A stretch of 63,765 nucleotides of DNA, the filler included, from Bigelowiella natans CCMP2755 (Eukaryota; Protista; Cercozoa): assembly GCA_000320545.1 (NCBI GenBank). It is 8 parts of 8 records of this genome, joined end to end, with 100 filler letters (N's around TTAATTAATTAA, not from the genome) between each part and the next. Parts side by side here need not be neighbours in the genome. Positions count along the whole stretch, not along the records: positions 21,358 to 34,995 come from ADNK01003510.1; positions 35,096 to 37,934 come from ADNK01003068.1; 6 more parts are not named here. The stretch is one strand, 5' to 3'. The notes below the pieces were generated by a model, which was given only the letters and a program-made list of their open reading frames with translations, was not told where the DNA came from and searched no databases. The position numbers and the translations under genes were made by a program. Of this stretch, positions 24,439 to 37,260 are shown one piece after another (position 1 is the first letter of the stretch; each line of letters opens with the position of its first letter).

Positions 24439-25775
24439 CACCTTAATATATGCGTCTTTCTTTTGGTCCCATGTCTTTAGAGTTTCAATGTACAGGAAGG
24501 GTAACTCAAAGTCATCGTCGCCGCCGTAATCCTCCTCCTCCTCCTCCTCATGGCTGCTATCGGCTGTTATATCTATTATCTCTTTTTGCCCTTCTAGAGG
24601 AGGTCGCTCGTGCTTTACAGCCTTCTTAACTTCTGATGCGGAGATCTTGGATTCGAATTCTGACTCGTAAGCTTCCCAATCATCATCGTAGTCACGGGGA
24701 GGCGTCTCAGGAGCAAGGGGCGGTTCTGGACCTCGGATTGCGGGGCCATTCTTCAAGGTTTTTCTTGTTTGAACGGGTGAACTCAGGGGTGCAACCAGCT
24801 TACTATTATTGTTACTGCTACTACTGCTGCTACCGCTGCTACTATTATCATTGCGAGGATGTTTTAACGACATCCTCAGGCGAGAAATTGGCCTTGGTTT
24901 GCTTTCTGAGCTCCCTGCCTTTGTGACTGTTCGTGATGACGTTGGTCTATAATATAGCCGACAACGGCAAAAATCAGGCTGAAGATGAAGTGCAGTTGGG
25001 GGATGAAGAATTTTTTTGATTGGAATAGTACTTACGTCGTCTTCTCTGCTGATTTCTGACCGGAGGAAGTTGGGAAAGGCTTCTTCATTTGCAGGGGATC
25101 GCTAGCATTTACTTGCATTTTCCGCTTGTTACCCCTCTTCTTCATTCCGGTAGGCTTTGAGCTTGGTGTGTCGTCCTCTACATCATCCTCACCCGTTTCC
25201 GGCGTCCATAGCACGTTGATATTATCCGGCTGTAGGAGCAGCATTCCGTCTTTGACGGGGACGTTTCTCAGGCAAACCTGTAAGGAAAATGAATGGTAGG
25301 GCGGTCGCCGTCGTCCGGGCATTTGTTGAAGCTGGATATTCAATGGACACTACTACCTTTGTTCCTCGAGGGGGTTCGGATGTGAAACATGGGCAACGTA
25401 TGAGCTCAAGGCCGAAGATAACTTTGTGGCCGTCCGTCAAGGCTATCTTGAGGCATCTGCCAAAGCTAGTAGTCCCTCCTTTCTTTTGTTCCTGGGACTG
25501 CATTAGATTCACAGCGTGCTCAACTTGTGCGACGCAATCGCCGGGGAGATTCTAATAGACCAAATATGCAGGAAATGAGGCACATCTTGACATGTACAAG
25601 CGGCGTTTTAGTTCGTTATGAGGACCGTGGCAGTCTCCAGGTTTCTAGGAAAGACCCGACTCCCATGGCCATCCTGAAGATCAGACGCCAAAATTTGAGC
25701 AAAACTTTCTTCAGACAAGGAGGAAGAGGGAAACTGGGTATCCATGATCATCTTCATCTCGAGACGGTCCCCCAT
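23743..25775 (-). CDS. RMI1: RecQ-mediated genome instability protein 1 (N- and C-terminal OB folds)
   Basis: AQILASDL..VFPRNL, RCLKIALTDGHKVIFGLEL..PPRGTKV|CLRNVPVKDGMLLLQPDNINVL (RMI1_N OB fold). PFLYI..IKGYI..VEVQDGSDKIDAVL..LLG..KGLMKV (RMI1_C) separates it from TDRD3. Start codon uncertain. Confidence 0.88.
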
Positions 25776-26160
25776 GGCGGGTTCGGAAGTTAGAGTGGGG
25801 CCAGCGCGGCTAGCTCTTTGATTTAGTTCACTTTCTGTCCTGCAAACATCCAACACGTGTCGCATGCTATGCGCTACCAATAGCGTCATGAAAACCACCT
25901 TGTCGTTCAACGTTTACCGCCTGTCACCCGTATGAAACGATGAACCTTGTATCGGTTAAGCGAGTGACATTAAGTTTTAGGAAGGCTCCATTGTGCCAAT
26001 ATTAGAAGAAACGTAGGAATATACCATATTTACGTCAACTCTAAAATGAATATAATCGCGTTTTTTGAATGGCAGTAGGAATTCTTTCTTTTGTCTTTCC
26101 TTTACACTTGGTCTTAATAGTAGACGTACACCTTCCCGCGGTTATCTCCCCCCCCCCAGT
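25776..26160. promoter_or_regulatory. Short bidirectional promoter (RMI1 / coiled-coil gene)
   Basis: About 385 bp between divergent ATGs; CGGAAGTT at 25784, CGCG-TTTTTTGAA near 26077, TTCCCGCG near 26133. Confidence 0.5.
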
Positions 26161-29100
26161 ATGTCATCGGCGATGGAAGGGAAGGAAAACATTAACGTTG
26201 AAACCAATGCCAACATTAACCACAAATCATCTGATGGAATCATAAAGACTTCTCCGCTAAAGAAAACTGTCGTATCTCAGGTTGTTACTTAACTACTCTA
26301 CAAATGCTAATCCTAATTAATCAAAATTTGATAGTTGAGCTTGGAGCCTGTGGGCAATGAAGAGGAGGGTGTTGAACAATTGTTGGCCACTCAAGAGTCT
26401 CCAGAATCGGGTGAAAATGTTGAAGATCCCGTGGTGGATGATATCGATAAGACTGAAAATGCCCAAAATCAAGCAGAGATGAGCCGGTGAATTAACTCCT
26501 GATAGGTTTGAGAGGTTTGGAGCTTTATCTCATATGCTGCCATTTTTATACAACAGCCTACAAGATAGGATTTCTGAGCTCGAGTTGTATCTCAAGGAGA
26601 GAGATTCGGCTTTGGAGGCGAAAAATGAAGAGGCTAAAGCAACACAGAAGCTTTTGGATCGTGCTCAACGCTGGGCAAAAAGTGCCATGGGAAACAACGA
26701 TACAGGATGCAGCGAGGAAATGGAGAACCTTCTTATAAGTAACGAAGTACTTCGCGACGAAAACCAATCCAACATTGAGAAGATTCGCGAAAATGAGCAA
26801 CTGATTACCAAGCTTTCGGGAGAATTAGAAAAGGAGAGGAAGGAATCGGAATCAGAAAAACAAGGCCTTCTTGCAAAAAGTGGAATCATCGAAGCTTCTT
26901 TAATGTCCTCAGTGGCAGAGGTCGCAACCATCCGCGAGGCTTTGGAAAAGGTACGAGATACAGGAAAGGAGAGGGAAGCACGGCTGGAGAGTCTTGAAGA
27001 GGATCTTCTGCAGGCGAGCGGTGAGAGAGACGCTTTGAAAACTGACGTGACCGAGTTGCAACAAAAACTAGAAGATGCGGAAGCTCGTGCTACGGAAGCT
27101 GTCTCCCAGAGAGATAGTGCAACTGAAGAACTGAACTCCATTCGAAATGAGGAGGGCGAAAGGAAGGATCGTGTTCAGGCTGCTGAAAGCAAAGTTAAGG
27201 AAGTGACATCGCTCAATGAGAGATTGCAATCAGATCTGCGTTTGTTGTATAAGAAAAACAAAAAGGTATATATTTCGATCCTATATAGATGGATTGCCTT
27301 GGTAATGTATATTATATTCAGGATCTGCAAGACCTAGAAAACAAATACAAGCACGAGGCATATAAAGAAAGATACCTAAAGATATTCAGCGAATGCCAAT
27401 CACTGCGAAAGACAGTGATGAATTCAGCAGAACAATCAGAATACTTCAATCGTATCTCTACTATGCATACGAAGGTCCAATAATATTAACGATCGTTTTC
27501 TGTCAAGATTTAAATGTGAGTTTTGTCGAGCAGATCGAGGAAAAACTGGCGCAGGGTAAGTCTTTGCTTGCTGGTCGCATATCAGAGTTGAAGGAAAAGG
27601 TATGCAAGTATACATAATGACCGGAATATAAGCTCATCTATTTTTGCTAATATAGATGGTGTCGGTCGAGCGCATAGCTAATGAAGCCCAGCAGATGAAG
27701 AAAGAGGCTACAGAGACAATTGCGTTTAACACTGTGCAGTTTTGTATCGACCGGTCAGTGATGGAAGTTGAGACGAGAATGAAGGAGGAAAAGCTAAACA
27801 ATACACTTAAGGCTCTCGAAGCCTCGGAAAGGGAGAAGCGGGCATTGGAAGACGAATATGCTGTAATCGAGAAGACGCAGGTTGAATTTCTGGAGGCTGA
27901 ACACGGGGCCATTGTATCGTCATTAAACGAAGAACTTGAGGCTGCTCAGCAGGCCGAATTGAAGCAGCGTAAGGAATTAGAAAACATTCGAGAAGATGTT
28001 GCTAAACAACTCGACGCTAAGGATCTAGAAATCGCAAGCATTAAGACATCTAACGAGGAATTGTCTGAAAACATGAAGAAGGCTACAGCCGAAGTCCAGG
28101 CCCTGCAGAGCAAACTATCTGATCTTGAAGCTGGAACGAAAGAGAAGGACTCCATCATTGCCATGCTAGAAAACAAGCAGCAACGTGTGCTGGAGGATTT
28201 GACCGCTGAACAGCAGTCAAATGAGGCCCTCACCGCCAAACTCCAAGAAATGAAAAAGACGTTGAATGCTGACTCGAAACAACGGGATATGCTCCTTCGA
28301 GGGTTCGAGGACCAGGTAAAGGAACTCGATACTAGTCTGAACGCTCAGAAGAAAGAGTATGACGGAAAACTTGCAGATATGCAGAAACGACTCCACTCTA
28401 AAACAGCGGAGATGGAAACCTCTGCGCAAAATACCAGAGAACTGAAGCTCAAACTTGACGATATGGAGATCCTCAAAAGCAGCCTGACCGCCCTGAAAGA
28501 AAAAAAAGCATCCCTGGAGAAAGAGCTCGACTCTGCGAGAAAGAGCGAAGAGACGTCAACCACTTTAAGAAATGGTTTGGAAGATGAAAACGCTACCTTA
28601 CGTGCCCAAGCAAAGGAACTACAAAGGACCATCGACGATATGAGCATGAAAAATGCAAATATGGAGGGAGATTTGCGCGCTCTGAAAATCAAGTTCATTC
28701 GTTCGAAGGAGTCGCACGAAAACATAGATCAGAAGCTATATAACGCGGAACGCGAAAAAATGGAGGCAGTTCACAAGGCTGGAGAGTTGGAGGGAGAGCT
28801 TGAGGACCTCAAGAGAACCAGTAGAAAGTGCCTTGATCATATGGAGGCACTGACAGAGGATCTGGAAAAGAGTCGCAAAGATGTGGAGAACCTTAAAAAG
28901 CATGGAACCGACGCGGAAAATAAATGCAAAGAAGTGAAGCAACAGCTCCAAAAAGAGATCAACGGGCGCCAGCGACTTGAGAGCAATGGAGTCAAGTTGA
29001 TGCAGATCGCCAAACTCTGTAACAAAGATGCTACGGTTGCGGTGCAGCATCTTGGAAAACTCTACAGAGTCGTCAAGCGTCACAATGAGGCTTCCTCTGC

Positions 29101-29203
29101 GGAACCTTTCAAGCAACCAGATGTAATCGCAGCATTAAAACAGGCTACCAACTTCCTCGAGGACAGGAAAAATAATCCAGTGGCCGTTCGACTAAAAAGA
29201 TAG
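26161..29203 (+). CDS. Long coiled-coil protein (about 900 aa), 6 exons with short introns; function unknown
   Basis: ORFs 26534-27337 and 27656-29203 are E/K/L heptad-rich; short GT-AG introns near 26281, 26487, 27266, 27476 and 27600. Confidence 0.85.
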
Positions 29204-29329
29204 ATAGCTTCCCTTTTTAATGCGATAGATGTGACGGAGGTATATACGTTCAATTAATATCCCCACTGTTGTATATTATGCATCGTCAACTAATATTAAA
29301 AGATTGATTGTTGACTTAAGGAGTGTGCC

Positions 29330-30500
29330 GCATCGTACAAGAGTGATGCACGGCAGTGCGATGTGCACTATGCTCATGCTCAAGCATTACAGCATCATGG
29401 TCTCACGTGCATATTAACTATGTTCACTGTATCGATCCGCACATCACCGGCAATCGCACCGTTATGTCCGGATGTACATGCTAGCATGGTCAGTCTAGCT
29501 AGCTAGCAGTGCCGCAGTGCAGGCGCATATGTGAGCAAGCTAGCTAGCTAGCAAGTGCAACGGACCCGTCTAGCCGTCTAGCCGTGCTAGCGTGGCGTGT
29601 ACGTCTAGCAGCTAGCTAGGCGATATGGTGGCTACGTGGCTACATGCTTGTAGCACAGCTAGCTAGCGACGAATGTAATGATAGGATTAAAAATCTTCTC
29701 AATAGTCATCCGAATGTAGCTCTAGCTAGCTAGCTAGCTAGAGCTAGAGAGCTATCTAGCAAGGTAGCTAGCTAGCTGCTATAATAAGACGGATGTAATG
29801 ACTAGCTAGCTAGATGAAATGTTTAATTTTTTCAATTGTCATCCTAATGTATCGTAGCTATCTAGCTATGCACGCAAAGCAGCGGCTACAGCGCTTACGT
29901 ACTAGCTCAAGTTGTATCTATCTAGCTGTCTAGCTGTGCTAGCTATTATGCTAGTTCGTATGCAAATATGCAAAAAGAGTACGATAGAGAGCTAGCTAAC
30001 ATAAACTAGAGAGGCTACCTAGATATCTAGGTACGCGCGCTTGTACATGCTAGCATGTAGCGCATACTGTAACTAGCATGCAATCTAGGAATGCTAGCAT
30101 AGCTAGCTAGAATGCATGTCATGCAACGACTGACGTACGACAGTAGTGCGATGTAAGACGGATGTAGTTTATCGATATAATTTGCGACGTGCTAGTGTGT
30201 CTGTCTAGCTAGCTAGCTATCTCCAGATCTAGCTAGCTAGCTAGGAGTGGGAGCTATCTAGCTATAGTAAGTTATCAGCAGCAGTAATTAGACGTGTATG
30301 TATTGCAGGCGCACCGATGTGGAGCGCGCGCGCGCACGCCTCCTCGCATCTATATCATATTGATCAAGGCGTATACGTCTTATTACAATCTAGTAATGTC
30401 TAGCTAGACGTCTGTCTAGACGTACGTGCGGGGAAAATCTAGAGCAACAGCTAGATAGTAATGAGCATCATCTTCTCGTGCTAGCGTGCTGCTCTCAGCG
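29330..30500. other. Palindromic-word tract 4 (convergent intergenic, densest)
   Basis: Many (CTAG)3-4 runs; palindromes TACCTAGATATCTAGGTA at 30016-30033 and TACATGCTAGCATGTA at 30044-30059. Confidence 0.9.
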
Positions 30501-30724
30501 ACAACTGATCTGGTGATGTTGCAATGTCATTTATTTATTCTTCACGCTTCGCAGAATATCTTACTCAATCTGTAACAATTACTGTTGTGCATACACAATT
30601 TTCATTGCGCGGAAATCATAGTCACCTCTATCTAGCCATGGCAAAAACTACGCTGGATTCACGGAGGTCCCCAGACTGAAAGATTTCGATACTGCTCTTA
30701 CTCTTTGGGTATCATCTCATCTTT

Positions 30725-32702
30725 TCATTTTTTCGGTATCTCATCAGTTTCCATACTATTTTTTGCTTCTTTACTAGTGGCTGTGTTCTTATTGCCATTC
30801 GGCACGTCTAAATGGGTTGACATGTGTGCTATAAGGGCCTCCTTCTGCATGAACTGACTTCCACACATAGGGCACTTGAAATCTTGGTGACGGCGAAGAT
30901 GAACTGCCATAGAAGATATGTTAGATTTTGAATAAAATGAGAGTGAATTGTGCTGCTGCAACACCTGTAAGATGGCATTTCTGTTTGAATCTGTCACCAC
31001 ATACGCTGCACTGGAACGGTCTTGAATAATGTAATGATATTAGGAATCAGAAATGTATGAACTCGTGAAGATAAGCCCAAACAATTCTCTCTCGAGTTCA
31101 TAAATCGAGCTGCCTCTTCTCCCGAGGCTACTTCGACTTGAGTGTTGTCCAAGGGAGGGGGGGTATAATAAAAAACAGGAGGAAAATGAAGCTCTGTGGA
31201 ATCGTGGTACCTCTCTCCAGTATGACTGCGAATGTGTCTCTCTAGCCGGGAGTTATTTTGGAATAATTTAGGGCAGTGAGGACATTGTAACCTTGCGTCG
31301 CAACATAAGAGGAGAATGTGAGTCATCAAACTACAAGGAGTCAAATTGTGCATTTTGACCATTTCTTTTTAGAAAGCTGCGCCGTTCGACTGGCATTCTC
31401 TTGCCTCTTCTTGAACATCAGCATCTGCTGGTTCATGCTCATCATGTTCGAATACTGCTGCTTCGCTTCAGCAGCTGGGGTGGCGAGAGTGCGGCTATGC
31501 GACAATGTAAGGAGTGAAAGAATTTAGTCGATGAGCAACGAAAAATCAAGGCACAATGGTAACCTATGCATCGCCCTCGGCGGAATTGAGTTTTCAGGCA
31601 TCACCGATGAGCTCTGCGTTTTAAAAAAAAAAAATTCAGTATTGATAGAGTGCTAACTCTGGATTCGTGACATTTGTACCAGATTGCTGTAGCGAGCTCT
31701 GGGCGTCTGAAGTATTTCGAACAAACAGAAAGAGAATGCGACATCATCAAGGGCTGCTATACATGATATAACTCGAGGCTTCCTGTAAATATTGTGGTTT
31801 GACATGATGATTTAATGTGTTTAACATCAACCATACAGTATGAGACAACCTAAGGCTGAAAATTGTATTAAAACGAAACAATTATACCGAGAAGCCGAGA
31901 GGTGGAGCTTCTGTGGCACCTAAACTTGAAGCGCGATAGCTACTGAGAAATCCCTTCAAATCTCTTGGGTGTGGATCATAAAGTTGGTATTCCTACGCGC
32001 AGGTGATATTCAGGATTAGTTAGTTGATTGCGTGAACGTTGTTGTTCATAACGGTGCAATTATTTGATAAACCTGTTGGGTCTGCGATAATCTTCTATAT
32101 GCTGTTGGATCCGTTTGCGGTACCATTCTCTGCGGTACCGTTCTCTGCGGTACCGTTCTCTGCGGTACCGTTCTCTGCGGTAACGTTCTCTGCGGTAACA
32201 TTCTCTGTTGTTCCATTATTCTACGCCTTCGCTCCTTTTCATGATGGATGAGTGTCCTCAGCTGATCAGCTTTTCTCAAATATTCTTCCAATTTCCACTC
32301 CAGAACCTCCAAGTTGATCGGTTGCGACGGGGATTCCCCCTCCAATGGGAACGCAGCAGAACGTCCCATGTTATGCGTAGGATGCATGAGGTGTCTCTGG
32401 GTTCGCAAGTTCGCGAGCGAAAGGGGGGGGAGGTTGAGAGATTTGCTTAGATCCAATTTTCTATGTGCGACACAGATTTAATGTTGTCGCTGTATCAAAA
32501 AAATACTAAAAATTGAAAAGCCTAATACTCCAAAAACTCAAAGTCTCCCATGCAACCTACCCCTCAGTAACTCTTGACTGCCGCACCAGACATTTCACAT
32601 CCTTACCGTCTGAGCGACTTATCTTTACCGCAGGACACAAATCGCACACATTTTCGGCAAAAATGTGCAATACCGTAACAATCCCCGTCTGAGCGACAAC
32701 AT
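30725..32702 (-). CDS. C2H2 zinc-finger transcription factor with three C-terminal fingers; start codon uncertain
   Basis: LQCPHCPKLFQNNSRLERHIRSHTGER|PFQCSVCGDRFKQKCHLT|..VHLRRHQDFKCPMCGSQFMQKEALIAHMSTH, with an HTGERPF linker. Confidence 0.9.
32116..32207 (-). repeat. Coding 15-bp tandem repeat, 6 copies, encoding (R[TM][VL]PQ)n
   Basis: TGCGGTAMCRTTCTC repeated. Confidence 0.95.
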
Positions 32703-32858
32703 GTACAGCACTAACGGGTACTAACGGACATCGACGGGGATAATGCAGAAGTTACGCGGAGCTGATATTATCTCTTTCTGGCTCGTCTCTGAGAGACTGG
32801 TACGATACAGCTCATACAAACGTGCTGTACTACTTCATTATTGAGAAGGCAACAACAG

Positions 32859-33732
32859 ATGGAGAGGCGCAAAGCGGGAGGCTCTTTACACTCTCGAACA
32901 AAGTGAGTCGGCCAAACCCAGTGCGCGAAGCCATCGCCCAGTTTGATGAAGGAGCCCTCTTAAAACTTTTTTTTTGTTTTCTGAAACTCCTTTTTGTTGC
33001 GTTGTGCCGCTCAGGTCAGTGGATGAAGGCGAAAGGGTCACCGTCTTTTCGAAAAAAAAGGAGAAGTGGGTTAGCGGAGAGATTCGTATGATTGGAGAGA
33101 AAAAGGAAGTATCTGTGCGTCTGGATGATGGAAGTAATGGAAGATTTGTTTCATGGTCAATGTATACATCAATTCTCTTTTTCTTGGAGACATTCCTCCC
33201 CCCATCTTCCACCAATCTCTGTATCCCCAAACCCCACCCCTAGTATCATATAAAATATCTCGTTCATTCTCATGTGTTTTATCTTGCTATGCTGCAGCCA
33301 GCATAAAGTGCAGCATGGCCAGCATCTTGCAACCGGGGGCCGCAGTAGAGTTCTTCGACGTTTCCGAGGAGAAATCTTCCACCCCAACTGACAATTCTAA
33401 GTGCAAATGGTAATCCGTGAGTCAGCATGTTGGAGAAAATGTGCACCGATGTTACAAATACGCTAGTCTGCGAACAATTCAGGAAAAACGGATTTATTCT
33501 ATCCCCTCTCCCCCGTCCTGTCTTACGATGCACAAACGCATCTCTCCACACAGGTTTGTGGGAAAAGTTGAGAGCATTCGGCAAGATGATGTATGCCTGA
33601 GGCTTGCTGGAGGAAACGAACTCATCACCGTTCAGGACACTAAGGTTCCTCCGTATACCTGATCGATCACCCCCACATATCCGCAGAAAAAACCCAAAGG
33701 AGAATATTATAAATGCATTTATACATATTATA

Positions 33733-33779
<47 letters not shown>

Positions 33780-34637
33780 TGTGCGCACTCGCACACGCAC
33801 GCGAGTAACATGTGCGTGCTGTTACGCTTCTGAACTTGTGCACGCAAGAGAGTTCATTTATTTCACAAAGTAAAGAGAGGTAAGAACACATCCATATACG
33901 AGCGCCCCCAATATCTCCTTTCGTCTCCCCTGTCCCATTGCTCCCTCTGATTTTCATCTTTTCAAAAAACACAGGTGCATCGACGTTCGCTAAAAGACAA
34001 AGGGGGCGAGGCGAACGGTACATCAAAGCGATGATGATGTGATGATATTGTGATGGGATTTAGCAAGGATTGAAGGATTCTGTTTAAATTTTGGTACAAT
34101 GTGTCATTTTTTATCGCTTTTCGTTTCCTATTTACTTTCAAGCACGTTCTCTCTTTCTCTCTCTCCCTTTCTCTCTTTCTCTTTCAGAGCAAATCTTTGT
34201 TGGTTGTTGTTTTTCTTTCTCCTTCTCCCGCCTGTGTACGGCGATCATCGCGCTACATATATAGTCCAACCGTGCAAGAGTATGTATGAGCGTGGTATGC
34301 GGGTCAAATACCTTTCGGAGAAAAATAGGACATGGTTCAAGGGTAAGCACAACAGCGATAGCATCAACAACATCCACATAAGAGGGGGAGGAGGAGGAGG
34401 AAGAGGCGGAGGCGAAACATGTGCAATTTGCTTCTATTTTTTGTAAATCCATCTTTGATATGACAACTTGGACATTGCACGTCTTTCAGTCTTCCGACAC
34501 ATCCCTGCCAGCTCGTAGAGCTATCTCTCTCTTTCTACCGCTGTTCCTCCCGCTCGTCCCCCCCCCCCCCTCTCCCTCCCATTTTTAAGCTGGTGGTTCT
34601 CCCCACCTACCCAGCCAAACAAAGCGCAACAATAAAC

Positions 34638-34720
<83 letters not shown>

Positions 34721-34989
34721 AACACGCATATAATATAAATAGGGAAAAGGGCGCATCTACATCGGCGCGGCCGCAAACGAGAGAGAACAGCGCGTAGAAA
34801 GAGAGAGAGAGATACAAAGGCAAGAGGGTGATCATGTAGAAATATATAACGACATGCGTCGACAATGTTTTCTCGCCTCGAGGGGGTTGCTCAAGCAGAA
34901 ATCTGTACGAGATTGCAGTACTCCAAGCCCCTTGACACATTCCCTTTCTTGAACAAGGCTTCCAAAGTTTTGCCTCTAGCTGGTGCAGG
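32859..34989 (+). CDS. Protein with three tandem Tudor/SH3-like barrel repeats; 3' end lost in the gap
   Basis: EGERVTVFSKKKEKWVSGEIR; PGAAVEFFD..KWFVGKVES; RGMRVKYLSEKNRTWFKAEI: repeated G.xV.xxS....W..G.(I/V) pattern across in-phase exons. Confidence 0.6.
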
Positions 34990-35099
34990 TGATGANNNNN
35001 NNNNNNNNNNNNNNNNNNNNNNNNNNNNNNNNNNNNNNNTTAATTAATTAANNNNNNNNNNNNNNNNNNNNNNNNNNNNNNNNNNNNNNNNNNNNTTTC

Positions 35100-35139
<40 letters not shown>

Positions 35140-35168
35140 CACTGTTTTCCTTCTTCCGATCACAACAG

Positions 35169-36115
35169 CATTGAGCTCATCGTCTCGCGTCCTGGGAGGC
35201 CTTTCATGGCAGTAGGGTAATGAATGTCATTTGCAAGCTATGGGCTTGTCAAATGGAGGATGGATGGGGTGATGATGTTTTTAGAGGGGGCGGTAGTAGC
35301 AGCAGTAGCGTGAGTAGCAGAAAGAGGCCAGCAAGAGAACGAGGACGGTGGGGAGGAGGAATACGCAACTGCAAGAAAGATTTGGCAGTCCAAACGAATA
35401 AGATGCAGTGTTGTTTTTTTCTCGGCTAACTACCGACTTGCCAGTACCACTCAAACATGCGCGTTTGAATTAACTGCTATTCTCCTCCTCCCCCCCCCGC
35501 CCCCCCGCCCCTCCAACCCCAGAACTATTCTCCTCGGGCCTATGGACCGTGTTACATTTGACCGCTTTAAGCGCAATTACATTCTCTTGGAGACGAACCC
35601 GCTATTTGTACTACTGCTACTACTACTACTACTACTACTACTATTAATATTATCACCATTACTACTGCTGCTGCTGCTATCATCTTACCCCTGGAAGATA
35701 CCTAAGAAACTGCAGAGATCAGTTGCGAAATAAGAGACTAGATTCGCCTATTTACTCTTGGAGGCGTTTCACGCTCCACATAAACACACACACACACACA
35801 CACGCTTTCTGTACGTGTGTTGTATGTTTACGTGTGTGTGTATGTGTATTCTATTGACTAGGTGGGCAGGCAGAATGTTGGGAATATTACGTATATTTCG
35901 TCATCTAAGCTTCCCTGGAAATCGACACCGGTAGTAGCAGTAGTAGTAGTAGTAGTAGGAGGAGGAGGAGGAGGAGGAGGAGGAGGAGGAATAGCAGCAG
36001 CAGCAATGTGCGCATATATTGTCCGCTTGTAGGAGGAACGCCGTCTCTTCAATCTTTTGAGTAGGGAGGCCGATTGTCTCTCATCATCGTGTACCTGTTC
36101 ATTCACACCAACTAC

Positions 36116-36157
<42 letters not shown>

Positions 36158-36746
36158 TGTGTATTATGCACATACGTGTGGTGTATGTGCGTGTGTGTGT
36201 GTGCGTGTGTGTGTGTGTGTTTGTAAAATTGTAAAAAATTATGTTTTTGTTATCACCGCAGCAAACGTTCACTGTGGGCGGTGCATTGGAGACCTTCGCC
36301 TTCGGGGCCTCGGCTCCGGACAGCCTCTCAGAGTTGTACCTTAGAGCCAACGATACGACAGGGTCAGTGGGGGTTGGGAACCACTCGGCCTTTTCTCTGG
36401 AGTAGCAGCGACGTTTCCTTGTCTTTTCCCGGTGTTGTTTGTTTAGCTCGTGGTATCCACTCAAACCCTTTTTTGAGTCTTCTTTCTGCTATGTTTACTC
36501 TCTTCGCAAGTTTATATATATAATATATGCCCCTTACATGCGTTTCTGTATATTTCGACTTCGATCGGCCAAAAACAGGCACTTACGTGACGTGAAGCTC
36601 CCAGAGCACCCTTTCACGCTCTCTCATGCAGCGGCTTCCACGGTCTATTTGCTACTGCAATGTTATAAGTCTGCTATGCAGAAACGGCTTAATACGAAAG
36701 CTAGCTTATATCGCAGAGATGTACTCTGCGAGTAGTGCGAACGTAT

Positions 36747-36793
<47 letters not shown>

Positions 36794-37260
36794 CAAGGGC
36801 TACTTCCTTCCTATTGTCATTTATCTCTCAGGGCTATGATTTTGCTGACGAGATTAGCTCACAACTTGGTATTATTCTGTATCATTATCATTATTATTAG
36901 TATTATTCGTAGTGGCAGTAGTAGTAGTAGTAGTAGTAGCAGTTGTGCTAGGGAGAAGCAAAAGGAGGAGGAGGAGAGGAAGGAAAAGGAGAAGGAGAAG
37001 GAAGAATCTCTTCTATTGAAAGTTCTAAGCGTTTGGTTATAGCATGAAATCATCAAATCATCATCATCATCATCAGCATTCTCATCATCATCGTAAGCGA
37101 TCATTAATACTTCCACAACAACCAACAAGGCCCCATCTCACCGCTTCTATCGGCACTACTCGGCTTCAAGTACCCCTACTTCTCTCCCTCCGCCCAAGCC
37201 AGCGCGCCGCTGCCCTCCATGAACGACTTCATCGCTGATGCTACTAGCAAGACCTTACAG
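35169..37260 (+). CDS. Internal exons of a cPLA2/lysophospholipase-like protein (both ends missing)
   Basis: RPGRPFMA..TILLGP..YILLETNPLF|VG..|TVGGALETFAFG..|PFTLSHAAAST|..YPYFSP..FIAD resembles recalled protist PLA2c-like proteins; catalytic Ser motif not in this contig. Confidence 0.4.

Noticed and set aside
3339-25775. UVSSA and RMI1 as a DNA-repair cluster; G-alpha and the G-gamma-like gene as a signalling cluster
   Set aside because: Each pair is on different contigs separated by artificial spacers and unrelated genes
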